Shown here piece after piece: positions 32,712 through 45,573 of a stretch of 45,573 nucleotides of DNA. This stretch comes from Spirogloea muscicola. Lineage: Eukaryota. The notes below the pieces were generated by a model, which was not told the origin of the DNA, did not search any database, and saw nothing but the letters and a program-made list of their open reading frames with translations. Location: positions 382,965-428,537 of the forward strand of contig WELB01000004.1 of the NCBI GenBank assembly GCA_009602725.1. Direction: 5' to 3'. Position numbers and translations under genes: made by a program. Position 1 is the stretch's first letter, and each line of letters begins with the position of its first letter.

Positions 32712-35005
32712 TCAGGCCCGTGGGCGGCAGGCCGCGGGCCCCGCGGCGGGCATCGCGGCGGCGATCGCGGCGGGGCCTGCGGCGCGTGATGCGGCAGCGT
32801 GACGACGGCTTCCCGCAATTGTCGGCCTGCCCGGAGAGGGCGGGCAGGCCCGGACGGCCGCTCATTGGCGCGCACCGGCGGTTTTCCCGCGCTGCCCGGG
32901 ACAGAAGTTTCCGCTGCCCGACGGGGAACTAGCAGAACCTCGCCGTGCTGCCACGGGACGCCCACTCTGACAGCGTGGAGATTCTGTTCCACGTGGAGCC
33001 CCGGATGTTCACCACGTGGCATCTTGTCGCTGGGCAGTTTGGGCACGTGCTTGGACGCCTCCCTGGGGGGCGCAAGGCCCTCGTTAGCGGCAGCCCCCAC
33101 GACTAACCGCCAGTTTGTTGCTCCTAGTTAGCTTCTCGATGAGATTGGCTCTGTGAGGTCATGGCCTGCAAAAACACCCCCACGCTCTTTCCTACCGTTT
33201 CTCTGAAAGAAAGCGCGTCCAAATTGACTGGTGGCTGTGAGAGGCCAGCCCAAAGGAATGGACAAGGTCTGAAGGAGCCGGATGGCGCTGAAAGCAAGGT
33301 ACTAAGTGCTAAGACGGCAGCATGTGGGCTCTCAGTGACCTCTAGTGACTCGAAAGCCTTCCCCCTTCCTCCAAGCTTGCTCAGTTGTCACAGCTCTGAA
33401 GCTACATCCCAGATTCATGACTCCTGCTCAAGCTGCAGACACAGGGCCCCAGGCGCTGGGCTCGTTGGCGGCAGTAGTAAACGAGCAGCGGCGACGGGAA
33501 TAGTTCTTTCAAAATGGGGACGATGGCTGCGAATGGCCAGCTAATAAGGTGTGGAGAAGGTCTTGAGGTGCCAGAGAGCGCTAGCTCACACAGCTACGCA
33601 TGGGTGCTCAAGAGTCCCTAGTCAGCAGCCGCAAGTCACAAAGTAGCTTGCAGCCAAAACAGTGTCAGTACGGCAAAACCCAGAAGCAGCAGCCTGGGCG
33701 CAGCCTCCTTACAAGTTGACTGCAAATGCCTGGAACGCTGGACCGAGAAGGATGCTGATCCCAGAAGTGGAGAGTGAGCCCCAGGACATTGGCACGACCC
33801 ACTCCTTTGGCCTCTCTTGGAGCTATCAACTGGGTGCCAATGCATGCCGTGTCAAATTCCTTCAGAATCAGCGCCGAGTACGGCCGTGCATCTCTCCTTG
33901 GCCTCTCCCCACCTGGATCGACTGGGGCCAATCAGTGCAAGTGCGACTTCTGCACGGGGCTGATATAATTCTGCCACGCACATGCTGCAATTTCCTGCAG
34001 AGCTGACGTGGTGGGCAACCACATCACCTCCAACATCCTCCCAATGCTCTGGCAGACTTGGTGCAGAGACGCCCGCTACCGAGTAGTCAGGAAGTGAGCA
34101 ATTCTTGACCAGCATAAAGGCTGCATAGGGGCGTCATCTTTACCACACCTTGACTCCATGAGGATATGATCAGCCTGGCAGCTGACTACGTGCATTTGAT
34201 TGACATGGTATTCACAGAGGCGTACCACATCCAGGTACAAGCTCTATCATTGGCCATACATGGGAAGTTCAGGGCAATTGAAGATTTCTGCACTGCTTAC
34301 CCCACCAGGTTCATTTCCAACGACCCACAAGTAACAAACGATTGCGTAGATCCTTGCTTTCTTGTCTTGCTTGAGTAATAAGAGGATTGCCAGCCTTAGG
34401 TATGCACGCTGTGAGGATTTGCTTAGGGCCAAGATGGACTTGGCAGCAGCACCTCTCTCATCCTTGCACCGTAGGGTGTATGCCTGCACCGTGCTGAGGC
34501 CCATGCTCTGCACCAGAAAGCTGTCAAGCTGTACTTTGTGGCAGGAGGCCTTGGAACCTGCCGTCCAGTATCCAGGTGTCGGCTGGCAACTTCTACGTAG
34601 GGACCCGAAGCTTAGGAGTGAGTCAGTGCAGGCGGCATACATCTGCAGCTGTGCTTTTGTCCTGCTCTGGCCCTCTGTCAATCAATGCACGCTTTCCAGG
34701 ACTAAGCCTACAGCATGGCGTGCTTCCAGAGCAGCCCCCAGCCCCGCCAATGCATGATCATCCATTCACTCCACGACAGCAGGCCAGTACAAGGGTGTCT
34801 GACCACCAGTGAACTGAGCTTTGATCGTAGCAAATGCTCATTCCCTGCCTCTGCTGCTTGCACGCTGCAGGCCTGGAATTAGTCACGATTCCATTGAATT
34901 CTTCACAGCATGCCAATCTAGAGATGCGGGTTTTTGCAGGGAGACAATGAAACAATAACTCTGATTCTGGCCAGAACACAAATACAACTCACAGAACATT
35001 CACAG

Positions 35006-36353
35006 TCACCTCTCAACGGGCGCTATCTTAACGGGCATGTCTGGGATGGCCGCATATATAGGCAGCGCTGCCGAGTCTTGAGTCTTCATGTATATAGACT
35101 GCAGTAAGCAAGACAAATGCAAGGGTCATGACAGGCTCTCAACCTTAGCACCTGCTATCAAAGGCAGCCGCGGCCAACAACAGTAAGATTGTCATCATGA
35201 CCCCCTGGTCAGTAACGGGCCATGAAGGACTGCAAGCAGCTTTCTGACTCCACGTACCTTGATATTGCTCCACTTCCTAGGTATGAGCTTGGCCGCCTCC
35301 TCAATTACAGCCATCACGTTGTCCACAACCTCCTGCTCGGAATGACTCGTCCTTGCCGTTCTCAATACGCTGCATTACAAGAAGAATGAATTGTGTTAGG
35401 TGTGATCTAGCACATCCTGCTACAGCTTCTCCTCATCAGCTCCAGCGGCCACCAAAGCGCTATGCCCTACAGTTATCCTGCTAGTTAGGAAGTCTAACAA
35501 GCAAATTGCAAGAGCGAGCTGATACACTAAGAGCATGAGCTCACCAGCAAGCACCACTTCCAAGGTAGAGATAAGTTGAGTCACAGGCTCTACGTATTTG
35601 CTCAGCCCAGTTTGAACCCTGCAAGCAGCCCCACAACTTCTTGAGAATCCACAGCCTTAGCACAGCTTTATGTGAAGAGAGACGTGCTTGACTACTAACA
35701 TAGTACAATAGCAGCACACTTATTGGCATGCAACAAGTCTTCGAGATGGAGTCACAGCAAGGTCGAACAGAAGGAAGTTGGAGCTGAGTTGGAGGCAGCA
35801 GAGATTAGTGCTCGTAGACAGTTCGCCAGGACCGGACCTTGAGGCTAACGGGAATGGGGTGCTTCTTCTTCTTGAAGAAGGTCTTGCCGAGCAGCTTGGG
35901 GAGGAGGGGCAGGATGCGGTCGTCCGCGACAAAGAGGTCGTAGGAGCCGCAGAGCTGCCGCTTGGCCTCGTGCGGCTTGTACTTGGTGCGCAGCTTCTGC
36001 ACGCCGATCACCTTGGTCACGCCCGCGATGGCGTCCTTGCGCACCTTGTCCTTGGCGTCCCCGGGGGCCGCGCCCTTGGAGTCCTTGACGAGGAGGCACA
36101 CCTCGCGCGGCTCCGCGCCGTCGGCCGGGAAGAGGGAGTGCGGCAGCGGGATGCGGAGGGGGTTGGTGCGCGCGGCGGCGGGGATGCGGCCGAGCGAGAC
36201 GACGAGGTAGAACATGTCGTCGTCGTCCAGCAGCTGCGCCTTGCGGGCGGCGCGCCGGGCGTCCAGCCAGGTGCGCAGCGCGGCGACGGCCTTGCGGACC
36301 TGGCCCTCGTTCACGCGCTGGCCCTCGCCCCGCTTCCGCCGCCCGGCCTCCAT
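35006..36353 (-). CDS. RSL1D1: Ribosomal L1 domain-containing protein (RSL1D1/Utp30/Cic1-like); 4 exons about 36353-35838, 35617-35545, 35369-35258, 35098-35006
   Basis: QVRKAVAAL, P.RIPLPHSL, EVCLLVKD, KVIGVQKLRTKYKPHEAKRQLCGSYDLFVADDRILPLLPKLLGKTFFKKKKHPIPV, IPRKWSNIK|SIYMKTQDSAALPIY. Confidence 0.92.
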
Positions 36354-36497
36354 GCCGCCGCGGCCCCGAGCTGGGCCTCACTGCGCCGCCGCCGCCGCCA
36401 TGCGGGCCCTGGACGTGAGGCTGCCGCAGCGGGCGCCGGGCCTGGCGCAAAGCCGCTCGCGCGCCAGCAAGGTCGCGCAAGGCCGCGAAGGCCCACT

Positions 36498-36536
<39 letters not shown>

Positions 36537-37020
36537 TCCGGGCTCCTGGCACTGGACGAAAGGGCGATCTCTAAACCCTCCCCGCTTCAATCAGTGACAA
36601 AATTGCTGTGGAACGGCTAACCACCCCACTCGAGGGCGTGATCAAATACCTGCTGGCACAATCGGCTTCCCTGCCCATCCAGCCGGACATATCGGATCGG
36701 GCGCGCCGAGCAGAAAATGACCGAGTGGATATAACTGCTGCCCAGATTGACTGTTATCAGGCCAATTGAGGCCCCCTGCACCCAAAACCCCCTGCTCACC
36801 GCACCTCCCCTCCGCCGCCAGCTCCAGCTCCGCTGCGACTGCGGCGGCGGCGGTGGCGGCGGCCGCGGCGGCGGCGGCGGCGGCGACTGCGGCGGCTTGA
36901 GTCTCGAGCAGCCGCTCGCGGCGGACAGAAGCCCTGGCGGCCATGGCGACGAGCGGCCAGGCGCCGCGGCGTCTGGCGGAGCCTCCCGCCGAGCGGCACG
37001 AACGCCGGGAGCTGCCGTAG

Positions 37021-39463
<2,443 letters not shown>

Positions 39464-40721
39464 CACCGGAGGCTTGAATTGACTGCTTGTTTTGGAGGCG
39501 TGACATTCCTTGCACATGGAAACCTTCTGAAAGGTTGGGTGCTATCATACGTGGCAGGCGCTCTGTCATCCCATCTCTGTCAGCTACTGACAGACTTCCT
39601 TTGCGAGGAAGCCCTAGCTGCCCGTTACCAGCCTCTACTGAGGATTTCTCTTGAGGAAGAATTTCGAAAGGAGAATAGGAAGAAGTACACAAATTTTGAG
39701 CCCTCAATGCAATTGGCACTTGGAGTCAAGTCAGCAGGTTGTACAGGGCAAAACGACCATATTGGTACGCCCTGCAAAAAGTCAGAGGCCTCCCTGCAAT
39801 CTGCTCATTCTTAGTGAGAGTGAGAAGTGTCCAGCGGAACAAGGCTCTTGCTATGTCTATCGCATTTGTAGTCCCCAGATAGCCTGCAAAAGACTAGCAG
39901 CAAGTATCCAAGAGTCCAAGTGAGTACTGAGACTACTGAAAACCCAAGCGCTTGCTGGAAATGTTTCTGTGATCACTTGGGCATGGGGAAGGTCTCAGAA
40001 TGGTCGCATGAGCCCAACTCAACACGCCGCTCAGGAAGTAGTCATCAGGGCAGATTGTCACGCCCTTTCACCCTGCAACCGCTTTGACAGACTCTCCCTG
40101 TCAAGGTCACTTGATCGCATCTTCGGGGAAAGCTGACCTGTCAAAGGCAGTATGGTGAAGAGAAGACACACTCGGCAGGCCCTGCTGCTGTGTACTTCAC
40201 CGCTGCCAGGTCATCAGAGAAGCAGGGGAGATGCCTTGCAAGACGGGGACGCCTTTGCTGACATGGGAAGTCCCTGGGGTTGCTGCTGGTAGGGACCTGC
40301 GGCACACTCGTGCCGCCTCAAGCAGAGCCCCCGGCATTGCCATCTGCTTCTGAGAGTGGGAACTTCCTGTGGCTGGCCTAATCAGCAGCAGGTGGCGGCT
40401 GGGGAGGACTGCCCTCCACGTTGGGTGGTCCTGAGCGAGCCGGCTCCTGCGGCAGGCAGGGGCTCGAAGCTCCAGCTCGGGGATGGACTTATGCAGCGGG
40501 AGGGCAGACCGGCGGCAGCAAAAAGTAGCACGTCGTCACAGAGGACGGTGAGTCCGCAGCTCGGCCTTGCGAGGCACTGACGACCGCAGCGGCCCAGGTG
40601 GCATAAAGTCGCGGCTGCCAGGCGCGGCGGCGGCCATCGCGGCAAAGCGGCCCAGCATCGAGGGCTCCAGACCTCCGCTCAATTGCGGCAGCGGCGGCGG
40701 CAGCAGCCAGTCAATGGCACC

Positions 40722-40768
40722 TCGCTTCGCTTCAGCTTCGCTTCGCTTCGTTTCGCTTCGCTTCAGCT
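40722..40768 (+). repeat. (CTTCG)n pentanucleotide microsatellite, about 9 units
   Basis: Read directly, immediately 3' of the minus-strand small gene's stop codon. Confidence 0.9.
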
Positions 40769-40773
40769 CCGCA

Positions 40774-41088
40774 TCACTTGCAGTATCGGTCGGCCTTCTT
40801 GCGGATGCGCTCGTCCAGCGCGGCCTCGCGCGACGGCGGCGCCGCGCGGAGGCGCTTGCCGGCGGCCTTGGGCGGCGCCTCGTACCCGAAGCGCGCCGTC
40901 TCGACGGGGAAGAGGTCCTCGTAGTTCTTGCTGCGCACCGTGCCCGCCGGCGCGTGCCCCGTGCCCGTGTCATACCCGGGCCCGGCGTCGGCCTCGCCCT
41001 CGCCCGCCGCAGCCGCCGCCTTCTCGCCGGCCTCGCCGCCGCCGCCCTCCGCCGCCGCCGCCGCCGCCGCCGCTGTCCTCGCCGCCAT
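40774..41088 (-). CDS. Small intronless protein of unknown function (104 aa from ATG 41088; in-frame ATG also at 41157)
   Basis: High-GC3 codon usage like neighbouring genes. Low-complexity N-terminus followed by a non-repetitive C-terminus KNYEDLFPVETARFGYE...SREAALDERIRKKADRYCK*. Divergent from the SOUL gene. Confidence 0.65.
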   Translation of the reverse strand: MAARTAAAAAAAAEGGGGEAGEKAAAAAGEGEADAGPGYDTGTGHAPAGTVRSKNYEDLFPVETARFGYEAPPKAAGKRLRAAPPSREAALDERIRKKADRYCK

Positions 41089-41550
41089 GAAGACGAATGC
41101 AGCAACGACGGCAGCGCTGCTTGCAGCCAGTTGGGTGCCGCCGCCATGGCGCCACATTGGGGCGCCCAGCTCAGTCCTCCATCGTCTGACCTGGCGACGA
41201 CTGGCCTCGGCAAGAGCTTAAGCTCGGGAGGACATGGAGGAGGGAGGGAGCGAGTCGGAAACTGTGGGCGGCCGGAGGCTGCGCTGATCTGGAGCTGGCC
41301 ACAAGCGGCGGCCACTGGAGCCTCACTTCTGCCGCAGCCTGTAAATGGCGGCCGCCGCCATCGCGGCCAAGTGACAGAGTCTGTGTCCGTGGAGGCTGGC
41401 ATCTGAAGCANCGCCGCCACCGCCGCCGCCACCGCCGCCGCCGCCGCCTTCGCCGCCGTCGTTGCCGCCGCCGCCGCCGCCCGCTGCCGTCGCCGTCGCC
41501 GTCGGAGCTGCGGCCCTCCACACGCGGCGTGGCCTGCAGAGCCGGCGGCC

Positions 41551-42808
41551 ATGGGCATCGTGCTCGGCCGCATCACGGTGCGTCGTCCGCCGCGCAAATC
41601 CCTCCCAAGGCAGCCCCCGCCTGGGCCGCCGCGAGGCCCCGCCTGCCGGACTGCCGCGCCGTTAGCTCTCATGATGTTGAGTTTAGAGAATCAGGCACGA
41701 CTCTTCCTGACGGCGGCGGCGGGGGCTGCTGGGCGTGGCACCTGCTGGCGGGCGTTATAACTGCTTTTAACATGCATACATCAAGGCTGGAAGTCTATGT
41801 GTAATAATAGAGTTTTTAATTCGTTGCACCACAAGCGCTAATTATGAGAGGTATAAATACGCGGGCCAGGTGGAGACGCCCAAGTACGACGTCGTGGCGC
41901 AGGGCGAGGGGTTCGAGGTGCGGCAGTATGCGCCGCAGCTCGCGGCGGACGTCACGTATGACGGCGGGCCCTTCAAGAGCGGCGGCGACGCCGGCTTCTC
42001 GCCGCTGGCGCAGTACATGGGCGCGCTGGGAAGGCCCCACAACCGCGCGCCCGGTGGCGACAAGGGTGAGCGCTGCAAGGCCACCCCTCCACGGGCTTCC
42101 GCTGTCTGCGGCAGCTGCGGAGCCCAAGCTCTGCCCTTTGTGGCGATTGGCTTGGCTGATTGTTGCGTACGTGGTGTGGGTCAGGTGAGAAGATTGCGAT
42201 GACCGCCCCAGTCATCACCGAGGACACCGACAAGGGCGAGAAAATTGCGATGACAGCCCCAGTCATCACAGGTACGGCTTAGCAGTCAGACGTCTGACAG
42301 CTCTTGGGTTGTGACGACACAACGGCCCTTGTCGCACCCCCTGTGGAGGGCAGAGGAGCGTGTGGATTGATAAGCAGACAAGCGCTGAGACGCTGAAGCT
42401 CAGCGGTGCCTGGCCTGGCCAGCTGCAGATGACAGGGCTAAGTCAAGCATGTGACCTGCTTGTGGTGTTTGGACAGAGGACAGAAGCGACAGCGGCAGCT
42501 CGGCAACGGCTGGCCACCAGAGGACCACAATGACATTCCTGCTGCCTATCAAGTACACCATGGACACAATCCCAAAGCCAACTGACCCACGCGTTAGTCT
42601 GCGAGAGGTGCCATCTCGTAAGCTGGCCGTCATCAAGTTCTCCGGGAATGCTACCGACGCGGTAGTTGCCGAGAAAGAGGCCCAGCTCGCAGAGCTGGTG
42701 ACGCGTGCGGGGCACAAGGTGGCTGGCAAGTTGCTCCTGGCGCGCTACAACCCGCCATTCACGCCGTGGTTTCTCAAGACCAACGAGGTGATGCTCCCCG
42801 TAGAGTAG
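41551..42808 (+). CDS. SOUL heme-binding protein (At2g37970/HBP2-like); exons 41551-41577, 41870-42065, 42185-42271, 42477-42808
   Basis: MGIVLGRIT|VETPKYDVV...FEVRQY.P, GF..LAQY.G..G.PHN, duplicated GEKIAMTAPVIT, TMTFLLP, VIKFSG and LARYNPPFTPWFLKTNEVMLPVE*. Confidence 0.95.
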
Positions 42809-45573
42809 CGTTCCACCTCCCCTCTGATGAAATGTAGCACCTCACTTGCTGTGAGGCTGCGTCCCCATCCACATCCTTGCACGTCGACTTGTTAAATTAG
42901 CAGCTGACCATGGCGTGTACGCCAGAGGTTGCATGTAGTCTTGGGCAATTTGTCCCTAGCTGCTGACATTCGAGGCAAGATGCTGCTGTGGCCACGTCAA
43001 TTGACGTGGTGGCATTGAGGCAGCTCTTGTGCTTGTAGATTACCTGAGCACTGGGGGCAGCTGCGAGAGCACCTTACTACGGAATTCTCATGTTGCATGG
43101 ACATTTCCTTTGCTGCTTTGGTTTGGTTCACTGAAATTTGACCGCCATGCAGCTGACTGCGGACACTTGGTCCACGAAGGACTATGCAATAGGTCCTCGT
43201 TGGCTATGGCGGCTGTGGCTCATGATGCCGGTGATCCGTGGGTTCGCTTACCATGCCTTCACAGCATGCACCTTTTCATTCTCAAGACACGCTAATGTGG
43301 TCCGGAATATATTGAATCATTATGGCAATGAATCCCCTCAGGTCTCAGGTTCCTCTCCACGTACCTCAGTGTCATTGAGCGATGTCGAGCTGCAGAGTAG
43401 AAGGCGAGTTCATATCATTGATGAGCAATCGTGTGCGCCAGTATATGCAAGCAGTGGCACAGTGCGGTAGGGCACACCCCATGATTACACCCTGCACTGC
43501 AGTAGGAGGCAGCCGCAGGGTGGCCTGGACTTTTGAAGACTAGCAAGAGCGTTATGGTGGTGCTGCGCGTACTCGTTCCTTTTTGAATGACAAGAGAATG
43601 ATAAGAAGAAATGATGTGTCAGCAGAGAGAGTGCGAGTGCCAAAGATATATTTGGTGCTTCAGGGGAAGGGAGAAGGGTGCACGAGAGGTGCCTTGTCCC
43701 TTTGCATTGCAAGACCGGACTCATTGGGAAAGAGCTTGTGCCTGGCCTTATGTGCAGAGCACGTGACATGTAGATAGCTGCAATGCACGTGTCCATAGCA
43801 AATGCTTTACTTCTTCACTATCTGATTCAGGGAATGCTGATGCAGCATGCTTACTGATGGCATCAAACTTCTCAATTTCAATAGCGAGAAGACAATGCTG
43901 GCAATCTAGCTGTCTTGACGAGGCAGAAGCCCTGCACGTCGTTGAGGCCGCTGTTAAGCTACTAACGAGTGGCGTGCCAGCAGCTGTCAGGGCCAGGCAG
44001 TGCTTGGCACCAAATACCCCCACACGATGGGAGATAATTCGCTGTAAGGATACAGTGAAATTCACCATATGCAAAAGGCCACAGCGTGGGTCTGAGGTGA
44101 ATCGCAACACAGTTCTGCGACTAAGAACAGCAAGATCATGTGCTCAGTTGGCTCCAACAGGAATATTTCAAGACTGTTGGCTGTTGAAAGCCTCTGTTTT
44201 TGTTTTGTTGCCTGAACATTTTACACCTAAGCATTGTTGCTTCAGACTACGTAACGTGAAGGGTACATTAATTGGACAAAATTAGGGTGGTCGAACCAGG
44301 CTCCTGGTAATGGATCCTCATCTCCATGATAAAAGCTAAGGTAGCCGTATTGATGGTTCAATCTCGGAGCAGGACTGTATGACGCATGAACGGGAGGAGC
44401 AGTGAAAGCAATGACGGCCACAGCTTGGCAAGCAGGGCTTGCCACAGGCATGTCATACAGCCGACTTTGAGGCGGGGATGACCTACAGCCGTGAGGCTTA
44501 GTCGTCACGGAATAAGCATGCAGTGTCCTCGTGAAGCTTGCCGCCTCGTGAGGTCAATATGTGGCAACCATGGCCGGGGCTGATGTGCTTACTCGTGGAT
44601 GCATAGTCACCTCCAGCCATTCTTTCGCCATGCTTCCCTTAGCCCGTCCAAAAGTACGAGTCGCTTTCTGTAGCCCCATTGTTTGCACTCACTGTGCCCT
44701 TCGCATGGACTGTGGATTACCTCGATTTGGCCTTCACTTTCAATTCATGTCATGTGCACTGCACGCCATCTTTCATTGGACTAGCTCTGCACTGACATAC
44801 CATTGCTGTCATCGCTGGTGATGACATGCTGTGATTGCATGCGAGCAGGCACTAGCCCACATGGCAAAGTAAAAAGAGTTAAGATGACCACCTAATACAT
44901 GTATCTCAGGATACACTGCATAAGTTTCAAATCTGTTTTAAGTTTCGGCGTGCAGGGCGCCGCTCAGAAGCTGCCCTAAGTCCGGGAGCCCACAGTTGGC
45001 CGCCAAGAATGGGCAGCCAGTGCAGCATCCCTCCCTCTGTCGTCTATTTGGAAGCCACTACCTTCTGCCTCTCGCACTTGCAAACCAGAGTCTTCCTGGC
45101 CTGCGGCTGACTGGGTCTGCCTCAGTTTGGCAGCCATAGCTACTGCTGCTGCAGCATCGTCACCCTCTGCCGAAGTCGGCATGCTCCTAATGGTCGAATT
45201 CTGTCTTGCAGCCTCGCGTGCTTGAGAACGAGCGCATGGCTGCAGCCGCTGGCTGCTATTGTTTTTGGCAGCAATATGCTCTCACTTCCTTGTGCCAGAG
45301 ATGGTGAGCAGGGAGGGCCCACGGCTGGGATGTCAAGCCCATAGGCAAACTTCCCCCACTGATGGCGGCAGCGGCGCCCTCAGTTGCCTGCTCCTGGCAC
45401 GCGCTCGCAATCTTCTATGCGCTCCTCCGCTCTTATGGGCGAGGGTGATTGGGTGAGGCGAGCCACGTTCCCACTAATCCACCGTCTGCCCTGCCCGATC
45501 CTCCAAGCTGCCTCCTCTCTGCCCATGCGTACAGCCCCTCCCCCCCCCTCCCCCTCCCCCTGCCCCTCTCCCC

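Noticed and set aside
35778..36620. Long antisense or alternative-frame ORFs (also 14595-15881, 27603-28433, 36642-37580, 40567-41406)
   Set aside because: Shadows of high-GC3 coding exons and GCC repeats, where stop codons are rare. No recognisable domains.
42185..42271. Tandem GEKIAMTAPVIT repeat in the SOUL protein
   Set aside because: A known feature of this plant SOUL subfamily, not novel.
43029..45573. Short ORFs at the right end (for example 43748-44110, 44242-44508, 44976-45182)
   Set aside because: No consistent exon chain or recognisable motif could be built. May be UTR, intergenic or decayed sequence.

Overview
Gene-dense, intron-containing eukaryotic nuclear DNA with plant-type genes and very GC-rich, (GCC)n-rich gene 5' ends. 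It is most consistent with a streptophyte alga such as a zygnematophyte; this is inference, not a database result. All exon models were built by hand from splice signals and recalled homology. Ten well-supported genes: a plant Tweety-like transmembrane protein, a pectin methylesterase, a DUF3598/At2g44760-like protein, proteinaceous RNase P (PRORP), cytosolic alpha-glucan phosphorylase, TFIIIA, an SLC37/G3Pp MFS transporter, an RSL1D1-like ribosomal L1-domain protein, RUVBL2 and a SOUL heme-binding protein. Three weaker models: a coiled-coil gene, a coilin N-terminal-domain mini-gene and a small intronless ORF. One modular interspersed repeat family is present in several copies, and there are four large assembly gaps. 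The most interesting signals are: (1) TFIIIA has only 8 zinc fingers, lacks a recognisable land-plant 5S-mimic (P5SM) exon at the expected intron, but has a candidate structured poison exon in a different GC-AG intron, and its stop codon lies in a telomeric repeat; (2) a coilin-N mini-ORF ends only about 70 nt before the next gene's ATG (possible bicistron or fusion); (3) the pectin methylesterase has both oxyanion-hole Gln residues replaced and a non-PMEI pro-peptide ending in RRLA; (4) roughly 10% of introns use GC donors; (5) uORFs recur in frame with the main ATG. No prokaryotic-type system, CRISPR array, rRNA or tRNA gene was seen.
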